From: Octopus vulgaris
Lineage: Eukaryota
Length of the DNA stretch: 64,000 nt
Direction of reading: 5' to 3'
NCBI GenBank assembly: GCA_951406725.2
Contig: OX597817.1
Span: 70,990,001 to 71,054,000, forward strand
In this document: positions 43,248 through 58,401 of the stretch, one piece after another
Layout: every line of letters begins with the position of its first letter
Numbering within the stretch: the first letter of the stretch is position 1
The notes under the pieces: generated by a model
Told to the model about the DNA's origin: nothing
The model's database searches: none
The model's input: only the letters and a program-made list of their open reading frames with translations
Translations under genes and position numbers: made by a program

Positions 43248-43780
43248 GTCATCATCATGATCATGATCATGATCATCATCATTATCATCGCCGTCGCCGT
43301 AGTCGTCGCCATCATCAACGACGTCGTGTCGTCGTCTTCGTCATCGCCGCCGCCGCCTTCGTCGTCGTCGTCGTCGTCGTTGTCATCACGAGTCGGTAAC
43401 ATTTTCCGCGCTTTGTCACCAAGACTACCAAGCATGGTCAGTCGCTACCATTCTTACCCCAAAATACCAAACACCCACTGCTGCCACCACCACCACCACC
43501 ACCACCACCACCACCACCACCAGCACCACCACCACTGCTGCCGCCGCCGCCACCGCCAGCACCACCACTACTGTCAGTGAGTGACTATAGCGTTACGGTT
43601 ATTGGTATCACTAGCTGTAACACCAACACTAGTACTAACACTAACAACAGCCGCTGTAGCAGCAGCCCCATCCCCCCCGCCCGCCAACACGAAAGTAACA
43701 ACAACACCAACAAGCATCACCAGTTCACCTATACCATTAACACCACAACCACAACCATTACTATCAGCAGTATAGCTACC

Positions 43781-43812
<32 letters not shown>

Positions 43813-43850
43813 CAACCACCACCACCACCACCACCGCCACCATACTAAGT
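41620..43850. repeat. Long trinucleotide mosaic (GAT/CAT/CAC/CGT/TAA)
   Basis: Direct. Confidence 0.95.
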
Positions 43851-44098
43851 TAAAGCGGCACCAATTGCAAGAACTAGAACCAGTAAGCTAAAAACAAGCG
43901 TTCTGATGCCAGTTCAATTATCGATTTTCCTCAGCAATGACCTACATATCAACCATTTTAGCTCGTGACTTCAGTCACATGACTGCCTTCACATTCACGT
44001 GCTTTTCTCTCGGGGAACAACAACAACATCAACAGCAAATAAGTCAAAAAAGTGTTATATAAAGTAAAAATGAAATAATTAGCAGGAAGAGATAACAC

Positions 44099-44161
<63 letters not shown>

Positions 44162-44164
44162 CAG

Positions 44165-44965
44165 TCCTTTCTACCATGGGAACTAAGCCCGAAATTTTAG
44201 GGGAGGGGGTTAGCCGATTACATCGGCTTGACTGGTACGTGCTTGACTGATGCTTATTTTATCGACCCCGAAATGATGAAAGGCAAAGGGGCCCGCCACA
44301 TTACATCGACCCTAGTGTCCAACTGGTATTTTTTTTTTATATCGACTACAAAAGGATGAAAGGCAAAGTCGACCTCGGCGGAATTTGAACTCAGAACAGC
44401 GAAATACCGCTGAGCATTTTGTCCAGCGCGCTGATGCTGCTGCACCTCACCACCTTAATAATCCTTTCTACTGGGGCAAATGACCTGAAATTTGTGGGGA
44501 GGGGACTAGTCGATTACATCGACCCAGTGTTTCACTGGTACTTAATTTAACCACCCCAAAAGGATTGAAAGGCAAATTTGACCTCGGCGGAATTCGAACT
44601 CAGAACGTAGTGACAGCGAAATACCACTAAGCATTTCGCTCGGTGGGATAACGATTCTGCCAGCTCGCCGCCTAACTATCACCTTCATAATAATAATAAT
44701 AATAATAATAATAATAGTTATAATAATGATGATGATGATGATAATAATAATAATCCTTTCTAATAAGGCACAAGGTCTGAAGTTTGGAGGGGCTGGGTAA
44801 GTCGATTACATCGACTTTAGTATTCAAATGGTACTTAATTTATCGACTCCCAATAAATGAAAATCAAAGTCTACCTCAACGGATTTGGAACTCAGAACGT
44901 TAAGGTAAACGAAATCCTGTTGAGCATTTTTTCCGGTATGCTAACGGTTCTGCAAGCTCGCCGTC
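44165..44965 (-). mobile_element. Cluster of 3-4 SINE A copies interleaved with (AAT)n
   Basis: Repeated gtcgacctcggcggaatttgaactcagaa and gctcgccg heads. Confidence 0.85.
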
Positions 44966-45465
44966 TTAATAACAATAATGATGATGATGATAAGAGTAAT
45001 AAAATGTTTTGTCTAGGTATAAAAGATGGGCTACAGTAAATATTCTGCTCAATACCACAGATTTGCTTGTCAGTTATTTGACCATAACCAGTTGAACATG
45101 TGGCTTTCGATATGAGCATCTCTGATCACGAGCAGAAGTATTGAGGAAGCATCATAGCCATGTGTTGAGAGGATTTCTCTGGGGCTTGAATAATTCACCT
45201 CTGGAAACATGGGTGTTTCGTTCAACATCCTTAAACAACCCTTATTCAGGGACCTTTTGAGCGGGAGGGGTTACCCGACCTGAAGAAAATTGTAAGCTCC
45301 ACCTGCAAGGTTGTTTATCTTGATATGAGATCACCATGTCACACACATATGGTTGTCATGCATGTGCCTGGTATACCCTTTCAGACAGGTAGTCATGATG
45401 GATATACTGGGCTTCGTGTATTTTACCCCATTGTCGATTTGATGGCATGCACTGCTCCCTCACTC

Positions 45466-45544
<79 letters not shown>

Positions 45545-45550
<6 letters not shown>

Positions 45551-46450
45551 TATTTGATAAAAATATAAATCATCTCATTTACATGGATGATTTAAAGCTC
45601 TTTGTAAAAAATGAAGCTCTTTGCAAAAAATGATCAACAACTGCAGGGATTACTAGCAACTTGGCCTCGATAAATGTGCAAAAGCTACCTTTATCAAAGA
45701 AAAAAATGACAGAAACATCCAATGTTAATGTCATAAAGAAATTAGAACCAGCAGAGAACTACAAATACCTAAGGGTATTTGTAGGGGGACAAAATCAAAC
45801 ATTCAGTGATGAGGGAAAGGATCAGAAGAGAATGTTATCGCAGGGTAAGGGCAATCCTCATGATAAGAGCTGAATGCAAGAAGCAGGATCGAAACGATCA
45901 ATACTTTAACCATACCGGTCGTGACTTACAGTTTCAATATCATTAACTGGTCAATTACTGAAATATGTAATCATGACAGAAAGATATGAAAATTGTTGAA
46001 AATAGAATGCACCACTCTAAGGTAGATATAGGACTTTATCTGCCAAGAAAAGAGGAAGACCGTGGACTTTTACAACTGGAATTAATAATGAAGATTGTCA
46101 CAATTGGACTAGACACCTACCTGAAACCTCTGATGTTTGTATGCTAAAACTTATTTCAAAACATGTAAACAAGAAAGCATTATACTCAGTAACAAAATAG
46201 GTAAAGGAATATCTAAGTGAATTCCAGATACAACAAATTCCAGAATTAGACGTACTAGAAATAAGCATAGAAAAAGCTAAGCATATGAAAACCCGTGCTA
46301 AACCTGCTGCCTCAGATATCCATACTGATAAATGACAAGAAAAAACCTTTCAATGGCAAATACCCAAAGAGAGCTAATAGTGCCGATGTTGACAAAGTCC
46401 TTACCCATCAATGGTTAGTGGCATCTGGCTTAAAATCAGAAGCAGAAAAG
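45545..46450 (+). mobile_element. R4/Dong-like LINE RT fragment starting at (AAT)n
   Basis: INHLIYMDDLKLF, GLDKCAK, YKYL, QWLVASGLKSE; multiple frameshifts. Confidence 0.85.
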
Positions 46451-47880
46451 TGCAGAGTGGCTAACAAAGACGGGAAGACAACTTGCAACTGTACTAAGAC
46501 AACAGGACGTCAGAATTAATCTATATATAGCGAGATAGAAGTTAAAGAAAATAGCAAATTCGGAAGGACCAGGCCTGGATGGAGTATAAAGCTACTGGCT
46601 GAAGAACTTTACACAGTTGTATGAAAGGATCGCCGCGCAACTGGATGACTGCCTGCAGCAAGGTCACGTCCCTGTCTGGATGACAAGTGGACAGACGCTG
46701 CTATACATCATGGACCCCCTGAAAGGGAAGTTGGAATCAAATTTTCGACCTATAACATGTTTACCACTTATTTGGAAGTTTGTGACCAGTGTCTTGGCGC
46801 AAGAATTATACAACTAACTGAAAAGTAACAATCTGCTTCCAGACGAACAGAAAGGAGGCAGGAAACAAAGTAGAGCAACAAAAGATCACTTATTAGTTGA
46901 TAAAATGATAATTAGAAATTGTAGATGCAGATTGACGGGACTGAATGTAGCATGGTTAGATTACAAAAAAAAGCATATGACATGGTGCTACATAGTTGGA
47001 TAAGTAATGTAATGAGCATGTTTGGAATAGCAAAATCCTGGAGAAAATTATTAATGAAAGTATGAGACACTGGAATACTGAATTGATCGAAGGAAAATAA
47101 AAACACGGAAAAGTGAACATCAGACGTGGAATATTCCGAGGTGATAGCTTATCTCCATTACTATTCATATTGGCTATGACACCGCTCATTATGATACTAC
47201 GAAAAGTTAAAATACCTTACGATTTGGGAAAAGAAAATTCTCAGATAAATTATCCTTTTCATGGATGATATAAAGGTTTATGCGAACAATGAGAAACAGC
47301 TTGAAAGTCTTCTACACACTATCTGCATTTTCTCAAATGACGTAGGTATGGAATTTGGGATAGAAAAGTTCACTATATTGAAAATGAAACGAGGAAGATG
47401 TGAAAGAAGCCAGGAATTGAAATGCCAAATAGACAAACAGTGAGAGCGGTTGAGAAAGGACAGTGGTATAAGTACTTGGGAATACTGGAAGAAGACAAAA
47501 TAAAAATTCAAGAAATGAAACAAATATCCAGTAGGGAGTACACAAGAAGAGTAAGAAAATTATATCTGTGCTTGTTTCTAGTACGTCTAATTCAAACTGA
47601 ATTCAAACAATCTAATGGAAGCAATAAATTCAAGAGCAGTGTCCTTAATCAGATATGGAGTTGGAATTATAGACTGGACCAAAAACGATATAAAGAAACT
47701 TGACAGAAAAGCTAGAAAGTTGTTGACAATGTATGGAGCTCACCATCCGAAAGCTGATACCAACCGGCTGTATTTGAAGAGTACCAAGGTCGAAGAAGCT
47801 TAATCGCAGTAGAAGAATGTGTAAAGATGGAAAGAAAAAGCCTCGTAGAATATTTGCAGAACATTAGAGAAAAACTACTA

Positions 47881-48242
47881 TCGCCCCACCACCGTACATG
47901 TCTCTACGATAGATTTAGAAATTCAATATTTCTTATTTTGATAATCAGTGAATAGACTTCACTGAATATACATATATACAATTACGAAGTCGAGGCAAAT
48001 ATCACCAGCTGACCGGTGTCTGCTACTCTAGGCCGATGAAGGACAACGATCCTGAAACACGGTGTCCCTAGATGCAGTTCCGGCGGCCGGGGGTGTTTGT
48101 CTCCCCTTCGTATATGTATATAAGGACACAGGGAAAAAATGTGTGAAAGCTATCAGGAGGCGTTCGATGCATCCTAGGGCTATACAGCGGTGGTGTACCC
48201 CCTACTGTCACGTTCTTGTTAGATTGACAGTATACAACCATT
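47881..48242 (+). mobile_element. 362-bp non-coding insertion with hammerhead and 6-bp TSD
   Basis: CTACTA at 47875-80 and 48243-48; removing the insert and one copy restores the LINE frame EKLL|KTVNEE. Confidence 0.85.
48027..48072 (+). ncRNA. Type I hammerhead ribozyme (U4C variant)
   Basis: TCTAGG-CCGATGA-AGGA(caacga)TCCT-GAAA-CAC(g)GTG-TC-CCTAGA; all three stems perfectly paired. Confidence 0.82.
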
Positions 48243-48919
48243 CTACTAAAGACAGTAAATGAAGAACATGTGATGAAGCACGTAATAGAAGGAAAGGACA
48301 ATAATGAAATACAAAGAGAGCACGTCAGACAGACTGAAGAGAAACCTTTGAATAGCCAATTTTGGAGAGCTACTGATGGCCTATGTGGAACAAAATCCTG
48401 GGATTAGTTTAAAAAAGAGAGAGAAACAGAGCCTTATTGTAGCAGCCAAAGATCAATCGATAAAAACAAACAGCTTGAGAAAAAATAGATATGGAGAGAA
48501 TGTGTCAGAAAACTGTAGAGTCTGTGGAACTTGGAACGAGACAAAAGAAACAAAATGAAACAAAAAATAAAAGATAAAATAAAACCGCCACAGATCTGTT
48601 CACGATGAAGGCTGTACATGGATATTTGAAATGACAACTGAGACTGTAAAAGAAATAAACTACACCAAAACCCTATCATGGAGTACTGACAAATTTATTT
48701 CTCGCTTTGAAGGATACCTCTTTGTAATCCATGAGTAAGGGATTACCTTCAAGTAACTTCTGTTCTTAGTAACAAAATCCTCAGCTGACCGCGAATATAG
48801 GCTACCCAAAAGCAAAACCAACGATATTAGCTGCAACGCTACCAACATAGAATGTCCTCTAGATGTTAGTATCCTACAACAAATGATGTGGCAGCTTGAG
48901 AAAGAATTCTTTTATTTTT

Positions 48920-49124
48920 TTTATTGGTTTCAGTCATTTAACTGTGGCCATGCTGGAGCACCACCTTTAGTCGAGCAAATCGTCCCCAGGACTAATTTTT
49001 TGTAAGCCTAGTACTTATTCTATCGGTCTCTCTTGCCGAACCACTAAGTTACGGGGACGTAAACACACCGGCATCGGTTGTCAAGCGATGTTGGGGGTAC
49101 AAACACAGACACACAAATATATAT

Positions 49125-49213
<89 letters not shown>

Positions 49214-49382
49214 TATACACGACGGGGTTCTTTCAGTTTCCGTCTACCAAATCTACTCACAAGGCTTTGGTCGGCCCGAGTCTATAGTGGAAGACACTTG
49301 CCCAAGGTGCCACGCAGTGGGACTGAACCCGGAACCATGTGGTTGGTAAGCAAGCTACTTACCACACAGCCACTCCTGCGCC
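48920..49382 (-). mobile_element. SINE B, full length
   Basis: Minus strand ggcgcaggagtggctgtgtggtaagtagc through tail, with internal (TA)n. Confidence 0.92.
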
Positions 49383-50472
49383 GAAAAAGATCATTTATAA
49401 AGTGCGTCAAATTGAGACTTAATGTTAAAATAAAGTAATCTATCTTTAACACAACTGATCGAATGTTGTTTGAAACCACAAAATAAAGGTATGCTCTGTT
49501 GTGGAAGTCATTTGCCCAACTAATATCTACGGACTGGCATCCAGGAATATTTTCAGTTTTATACTCATCACTGTTGCAGTGACAAGTTATATATGAATCC
49601 AACGGGATCAAAGTGCTGTTGGGGTTGGATTCTTAAATAAAGAACCTAACTGTATAATTTATGCGCTTATTAATGAACAACAAAAGTGTGCAAGTCTTTT
49701 TAAAATTCTAATAATTGTGCAAAGATGCAAAGGATGACGAACTGAGATTTTGTATTTTCAATATTTTTTCTTTAGAACTTTGCCACCAAACTAATGGCCG
49801 GAAATAATAGTTCAATAACTCCAACAGGAAGCGAAAAACATTTGTACAATATACATATGGCTACCTAAATGAAGTTTAATTTCCAGTAATAGAGAGGTAT
49901 TTCGGGGTTAAAGATTTGCTCTTTCACTTTTGACTAGATGTTAAGGTCAGATAAAAAGAAGAAAAAAAGAAAGAAAAAAGAAAAAGAAAAAAGATACATA
50001 TATTTTACTTGTACATGATTTCATGCTAGGCTTCACTAATTAGAGAACAGAGCAACTAATTTGTGTTCTTCAGATACAATTGATTAATGGTATTATTTGC
50101 AAAACATTCCAGGAATTCTCCATTTCAAGTTCCTGGATTGACTTTTCTACATAATTACATGCATGCATACAATGAAAACACAGATAGGGGCACACATACA
50201 TAAAAAGTAATGAAACAACCACCCATTTGCATACTAATGTGAAATACTCAGCCTCGACATGAATGAAAGGTCATCCACACAGACACCCACACACTAATTA
50301 ATTCACATATCCACAAATCCTACGAGGTGTCTTGACTTTCTATTATCAAATAGCTTGATTTCTGCGAAATTACATAAAGCTTATATGAATCCAAGATACA
50401 CAGATATATAAAACAATTACGAAGATGTGTGTGAATATACATATGTATATGTATACATGTATACAAGGATAA

Positions 50473-50517
<45 letters not shown>

Positions 50518-50602
50518 CAAAAAATCAACAACAACAGACGAAGACAGGTGGTGTAGAAAACAAACAGATGTATTAGTATAACGCTCGGGAATTGAAAAAG
50601 GT

Positions 50603-50636
50603 TTTAACGTTTCGAGCCTACGCTCTTCCACAGAAA
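50603..50636 (-). ncRNA. Minimal hammerhead motif, variant core, within family terminus 50515-50700
   Basis: TTT-CTGTGGA-A-GAGC(gtag)GCTC-GAAA-CG-TT-AAA. Confidence 0.6.
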
Positions 50637-50733
50637 GGAACACACAAAGAAACAAGGAGAGAAAAAATGTGTGTAGTGGCTAGAGATCTATCATGTTTAG
50701 GGTGAGTAATGTATGTATGCATATATATATGTC

Positions 50734-50791
<58 letters not shown>

Positions 50792-50874
50792 TATAAATAC
50801 AAAATGGGACAAGAACGCAAAACATTCAAATAGACGATACAAAAAACACGGACGGGTCATTCGAAGCCTCTAAT

Positions 50875-50915
<41 letters not shown>

Positions 50916-50970
50916 ATGTATGTATGTATTATGTATATATGTATATATATCACAGCTACGCCAGCATCTA

Positions 50971-51059
<89 letters not shown>

Positions 51060-51062
51060 CAC

Positions 51063-51093
<31 letters not shown>

Positions 51094-51319
51094 ATTCTTT
51101 TATATTTCAACATCTCTTCTCCATCTTTTAACAATTTGTTGAGTTTCTATGGGCTACCTTTCCATAAATTCTCATAGCACACCATATACATGTAATAATA
51201 ATTTCATATTCGCAAAATCTTACGTCAGTAAGCTACCAGCAAAATATGAAGAATCTTTATTGGAAATCGCCCTTTGGAACCCTCCAAAATAGAGGATGAA
51301 ACAAAATTCAACCTCTTTC

Positions 51320-51385
<66 letters not shown>

Positions 51386-51499
51386 CATATAGGCATATGT
51401 ATGTATATATGTATGTATGCATTCATGCGTATGTGTATATACGTACATATGTATGTATGTATGCATATATGTTTATAGTAACTCAGCTATCAGCGATAT

Positions 51500-52330
51500 G
51501 CGGATGTTTTATTGGAAAATGTCACTACATAATAATATTGATATTTCAGTAAACATTACAAAACAATATTCGCAAAGAATTAGGATCCGTTTATATTGTC
51601 ATTGAAGTAGAAATTACAGCGAAATGTTCTTGATCACTGGGGAGAGACAATATCTTTGGCTTTCACTGCGCCGTGCTACGATGAAGTGACAGTTGCTTCT
51701 TAACTCTTGACGTATCAACGTAAAGCTGACCATGTGATAAAGCAGGATCTACCAGTTTCTTTCCGACAATGATTGCCCATGAGATTTATCGACAGTTATG
51801 ATAAAAATGAATCTGACATTACTTTTTATAGAATAAATTACTCATAGAAATTATTCAGAATTTTATCATTGTGAACGAGATCCATATTGTTGCTGTTGTT
51901 GCCGCCATTTTCACATATGTCTTACATTTAGATCAACATTTGTATATTTAGTATTCTTGTTGTTCATGTCAGTATTGTTATTCACATCGGATTTATTCCT
52001 TTTATATAAGCAATAGTTTTCGATACAAAAGAGATTTCTACTTTTTTCTCCACTCCTCTGTAGGAAATTGACTGCCGTTGTTATGGGAATCACCTTTCAA
52101 CATCACCACCCTCGTAACCATCTAAAGAAATATGTCTGCCGTAATTTGCAGCATTGAATGCCATGTGACCGATTCTCTCTTTCTTGTCTCAAACTGTTAC
52201 TTATAATGGTCAATATATATATCTCAAGTCTAGCAATTAATTCGTTCATGATTTCATCTATGGGTTTATTTTTCGTGGTAAACATCGAATTGAGGTGAAA
52301 CACTTTGGTATATTGGACATTAGTGTATAT
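51500..52330 (-). mobile_element. Possible very old PLE RT fragment
   Basis: FHLNSMFT..KPIDE resembles FDVxSLFTxxPxxE; weak. Confidence 0.3.
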
Positions 52331-52436
52331 GATGTATGATATATAATACATAGTATATAATATTTGTGTTTGTCCTGCTGCACTAACTTGCGGAGAAGAA
52401 AAATTGCTTCTTCTCCTAAACAAAGATCTATCTATC

Positions 52437-52632
<196 letters not shown>

Positions 52633-53764
52633 CTTATGTATGTATGTATGCAGGTATGTATGTATGTATGTATGTATGTATGTATGTATGTATGTATGTA
52701 TGTATGTATGAATGTATCTATCTATCTATCTGTCTGTCTGTCTATCTGTCTGTCTGTCTATCTGTCTGTTTGTCTGTCTGTCTGTCTCACTCTCTCTCTC
52801 TATATATATATGTGTATATATATATATATGTATATATATATAAATATATGTATGTATATATATATATATACATGCATACACAAGTACACACGCTCATACA
52901 CACACATGCTCACACATACACACGCTCACACACACATATATACATTCATACATACATACACACATACGTACGTACATACATATATATATACACACACACA
53001 TGCGTGTGTGTGTGCATGTATCTCATCCCCTTGACTATCTTCATATCATAATAAAGTAATAAAGGTCAAGAAACACGTCCACCTTTAGAGAAACCACGTA
53101 TTGTAAAATGTCAAACGGGGGTTGTTTCCAGAAACGTCAATCGTCATTGGATGATAAAATATAAACGAGAACAACAATATCAGTAATGATCTTTTCGTAC
53201 ATAGGGTGCAAGGTCACTTATTGGTGGTGGTAGAGGTTCAGTCGATTAAATCGACTCCATAATTGATTGAGACTTTAATCTGATCGGTCCAGGTTAAAAT
53301 ACAAGGGTGAGCAAAAGTAGGATACAAAAAGAACATTCTTTTTGTATTAAGCAACTGAATACCTACTTTTGCCAATCCGTGTATGTTAAGGGGACAAATA
53401 TATTCTGGCTTCCTGTGCTCTGAATTCAAAATCCCGTCGGGGTTAACTTTGCTTCTTATCTTTTAGGGGTTGATAAAATAAAGTCCCAGTCCAAAGTGTG
53501 TCTGGGTTAGAACATTGAACGATTTGTCCTGCAATATTTATTTCAGTTCTGTGTGTTTTGACATAAAAATCCCGCTTGAACCACCATTATAGATGGACTG
53601 ATTAAGACAAAATGGCTACTGAACCCCAAAGGTTTGTCCTTATTGAGTAGGAACAATGTAAGGACACAAAATATTCAGCAGATAACTATGATTATGATGG
53701 TGATTTATAGATGAAAGATAAAGTTAAACTCCGTAGGATCTGAACTCAGGGCATAAGGTATATG

Positions 53765-53975
53765 TGTGTGTGTGTGTTTGTGTGTCTGTGTTTGTCCACT
53801 CGCCATTGCTTGACACCGATGTTGGTGTATTTACGTCCCCGTAACTTAGTGGTTCGGCAAAGAGGCCGATAGAACAAGTACTAGACTTACGAAGAATAAG
53901 TCTTGGGGTCTATTTGTTCGACTAAAGGCCGTGCTCCAGCATGGCCGCAGTCAAATGACTGAAACAAGTAAGAGA
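53765..53975 (+). mobile_element. SINE B 3' half
   Basis: ttacgtccccgtaacttag...gactgaaacaagtaagag. Confidence 0.85.
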
Positions 53976-55299
53976 ATAAATGAATATATATATATAAAGA
54001 TATTAAATGTTGCAACCAATTCTATCCGATACTGTACTGATTTCTACAAATAAGGATTTCTAATATTAGGTTTGTGCAATAACTGTTTAGTATTGTTGAC
54101 AAAAAACGATCCACAGTTTTTCTATTTTTCCTAATGATTCAGAGAAGGATGAGGGGTAGTAGTCATGATAATTTTTGAAATCGTCTTAAACTGGTGAAAT
54201 CAATGCAGTTGATGTTCTGACTGAACTTTTAAAATTTGATGACTCAAGAGGGGGTAGGTGGGTGGGTAAACAAACAAACGTTGAGAATAGAAAGACATAG
54301 CTTAGACCCACATTCAAAACGAGGCCATTTGCCTTGTTGACAAAGATTCTTTCACCAACATACTGCAATTTCTAGCTCACATACAATCTAATTCTTTGTT
54401 TTTCTCTTCTACAATTTCGACGGTTGCTCCTACTTGTTTGTCGTACCATGTTACATGCTGCCTTTACTAGCGAGGGAACATCTATATTACCGTTGGGCCT
54501 GCAATGAACAGCGGCTAAATAGCTCTCGTATCTCTCCCTATCGTATTTGGAAAGGGGATGGACACAGAATTCTTGGGTGGAATATTTAAGGAAAAGATTT
54601 ACTGCCGGATCACGGGGTGAAACATAATAGTAGACAAAAAAAAAAACAACAAAAAAATTAAAGAACAGTTGATTTGGGTGGAACTGGGTGGGTGTTGTAG
54701 TTTTTGTTGTTGCCATCCCATCATTGATCAATCCGTATTTTTTATATATCTAGGACTTCATTATTGAATGTGTATAAATCTAAATGATGATCAAAGATCT
54801 ACATCCCTTTATGTCAGACTCACATCACTTAACAAGTAATGGATCAGCGTTTTTGTAACCAGTTGATAAGGCCACCGAGTGCCTTCGCTGTGTATATCAT
54901 GACCCGGCTTGCTTTTAATTGTTTAACTATGTCAAAGCATTGTCTTTCTCATACGATATCCACTGAACTTAGACTGCCACTACCTCCTTATGTTGCTATG
55001 AATCAGCACCCCCATCTCACGCACCTTCAAAAATGGTAACTAGATCCTAAGCCTCAAGTTATACCCGGGAGAGCAAATAGCTGTATACCAGCAGAAGGAA
55101 ACAGGAAGCCACTGCTGTGTCTTTCCCAAGAAAATTCATCGACCTTCAAATTTTTGGTTAAACATACAATGAAGAAAACAGAGCTTCTTCTGGAAGAACC
55201 TCATTGGGAAAGGAACCTCATGAGCCACAGGTGAACCCCGACAATCATCAAGTTACTGCTGGCAACAAGAAGCGAATGTTAGATGCTCCATACATATAT

Positions 55300-55610
55300 A
55301 GAGCTGCTCGCCAAGACACTTTAAATTCTGTTCAAGTCATATATATTGCTTCCTCTCTCCCTTTTCTGCCGTATATACACTGATCTCTGCTCCTGATAAT
55401 TTACTGGCCTCGTGACGCCTACATCCACGCTCACCTGACATACTCTGTTCTTCTCTTCTCATCATCGATTGTGTGTTCACCTCTCTAAACAAACTATCCA
55501 CTACAATCATCTTTTCATCTCAGTATGTCATCTCTGGAATTTCCATTTTGCCTATGGTTTTCTTACAATCATTAACTTGCAGCTGTTAAAAAAATATAAT
55601 TTCCCTCACA
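55300..55610 (+). mobile_element. Possible CR1/L2 LINE 3' end
   Basis: HLWNF...FLTIINLQLLKK resembles the LWNxLP...NLxxFK terminus. Confidence 0.4.
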
Positions 55611-56018
55611 GGTCCCAGAAGAATGGATCTGTGGAAACTATATATAACCCCTTCCTCCAGATCGAACCTTGAGAAATACTAACCTACACCAAACCATTAG
55701 TAGGAAGATCTTTTATATCTGCTGTTAATGTGATATAAGAAAGGCCTATTTTCTTGACAGTTTTTTTTTTCTGTGCTTTTGTTGCTTTTCGCAATTCTGG
55801 TAAATTCCAGTGTGCGACGAATGTAACCTTTGTTGGTTACATATCACACACATTCAGAATATAAATGGAAGAAGATAAGTAAAATGTTCGCTCAATTTAT
55901 TGTTTATGTAATTGATGGTCATTTATTACATTTTCCGTCTTGAGTAAGTCGTTGAAGATAATGAAAGAAAGATAATATCTGTAATTCATAAACATAGAAA
56001 CTGACTCAGGCGCACTTG

Positions 56019-56062
<44 letters not shown>

Positions 56063-56171
56063 TTCATACATGTGTGTGACAGAGTGTGTATGTGTGCGCG
56101 CGCGCGTGTGGTGCGGACACGTGTAAGCACACATATATATATACATACATATGTCTGCCACAAATTTTAAA

Positions 56172-56220
<49 letters not shown>

Positions 56221-58216
56221 TGTTTTATTTCGGAATGGTCATTTTGCCAGTTTAGCCAATAAATATATAAACGTAATATATATATATATATATATATACA
56301 TACACAAACACACACACACACACACATATATATATGTTTATACATACATATGCGCGTGAGTGTGTATATATACATACATACGAAACATTAAAATCCATCG
56401 GATTTTAATGTTTCGTACAGATATGAACTTTGTTAAAGAAAGCTACACTATATACTGGATAAAGGTTGACTAATACTTCCAACTAAATTATTTACAATAG
56501 CAGGTAGACGGGCATCAGTACATGACGTCAGTCATGGATGAGTATATGTGCGAGTGTGTATTTGAATGCTCAGCTCGGTCGATAATGTCATCATGAACTT
56601 ACTCATGAGGTCATAAACTTTTACCGAAAGATTGCCGGTAGATGATTAGAAGCTATATTTTTATACTGTAACATTTCGTTCGGTTTCATAAATGGATAGT
56701 ATTTATTTTTTTATGTATTGAAATTAAAGGGAATTTCTAAAATGATGACGTTAGTATAAATTGTAATTTTTAGGTCTAAAGCTTTGAATAATTCAGTATT
56801 TTATTTATTTTATTTTTTTCGGAAAATATTCAACTATGAAACATTGATAATCATCTGTCATCTCCATATAAATCACACAGTAAACGAATTCATTATTTAG
56901 CAAATATAAACGATAAAAACCTATAAACTCACACATATCAATAAAACCTACACTACCTACCACCACACATCAGAAGAATAAAAGGATTTTTTTATATATA
57001 TGTACCTATTTACCTATTGAGGGTATCAAAAGAAATTAACGATCATTTTAAGTGCATAAATTTTTGATATCGGAGAGGCTGCTTCACATGTAGAAAACTA
57101 GAGCACATTTTTTTTTTCATCAAATGAAAAATTTAGTAATCAAAGGTAAAATTCGATTATATCAAACCGAGTGAATTTATAAATACGCTTATCTCTAATG
57201 CCATAAAACCAATTATTAACAGAAACGCTGTTTTCTATAATGGTAAATTGATTGTTTGTTTAGTTTAAAGGATTAGCTTGTCTAAGAGATTTTTACTAGC
57301 TGTACTTGGTTCACTTTTCATGGAAAGTATAAACTTAAAAGTTGGATTAATAATAAAATTATAAAGATACATTAATGCTACAAAAGTGGTGTTAGGTTAA
57401 AATTACTGAATCACGCAGATATAAGGTATTATTTCAGGACGAATATCGTAGCAAATTTGCCTTCCAGCGATGTATTTACATTAAGAATAGTACACACATA
57501 GCTATTTTAATCTCATACTGTTTCTGTAGCATATAACAGGCATTTCATTTAACCGGGTGGATGTTTGCAAACCCAGTGACTCTATTCACTGTTTTCCCAC
57601 ATCGGTGGCAACAGATTTCACATTTACACGCGGTTGGCTGTAAGCACATGCTATTAACAATACCCAACGAAGCGAAAAGTCATCTAACATTCTCACCAGC
57701 CACTGCTGAGACAATTATCGGCTGCCCTCGATACATACTGTCTTCTTAAATGTCCCATGTCCACAAAGAATATTAACTCAGAGCGAAATTCTTGCTGTGT
57801 ATTTACTTTAAGTACGATACACAGATACCTGTTTTAATACAATTATGCTTATGCTTCTTTAATATATTATTAGTTCTCCTCCATTTTCATCCAGCAGCTA
57901 TTTCAGATTACGGCCCATGAAAACTAGTATTGAGTTTAAGGAAGTTTTCGCTTCAAATTAATATGATATAATTTTTTACTCTCTGATTTAGGTACGAGAC
58001 CAGCAACTTTGAGGGTAGGTAGCTAGTCGATACCATCGATAACTGCATTGACTGATAACTTATTTTATCTCTGAACGGCTGAAACGCAGACTTGATCTCC
58101 GCAGAGTTTCAACTCTGTACGTGCAGAGACTGAGCAAACGGCGTAAGGACATATTTCGAACTTCTAACGATTCAGCCAATCCACCGACCAAACATAGTGT
58201 ATACAGTGTAACACAC

Positions 58217-58263
<47 letters not shown>

Positions 58264-58345
58264 TACACAAATACATATATTTACACACACACATATGTAT
58301 ATACGTGTATATACATGTATATACATGTATGTATGTCTGTATCTA

Positions 58346-58401
<56 letters not shown>

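Larger units (their letters stand above)
46520..48545 (+). mobile_element. Second R4/Dong-like LINE (RT to zinc knuckle), interrupted at 47881-48242
   Basis: NFRPITCLP, EQKG, AWLDYKK, RGIFRGDSLSPLLF, FMDDIKVY, YKYLGILE, AAKDQSIKT, CRVCG. Confidence 0.92.

Noticed and set aside
54372-54731. Possible host exon (119-aa minus-strand ORF)
   Set aside because: No recognisable domain and no partner exons; needs RNA evidence.
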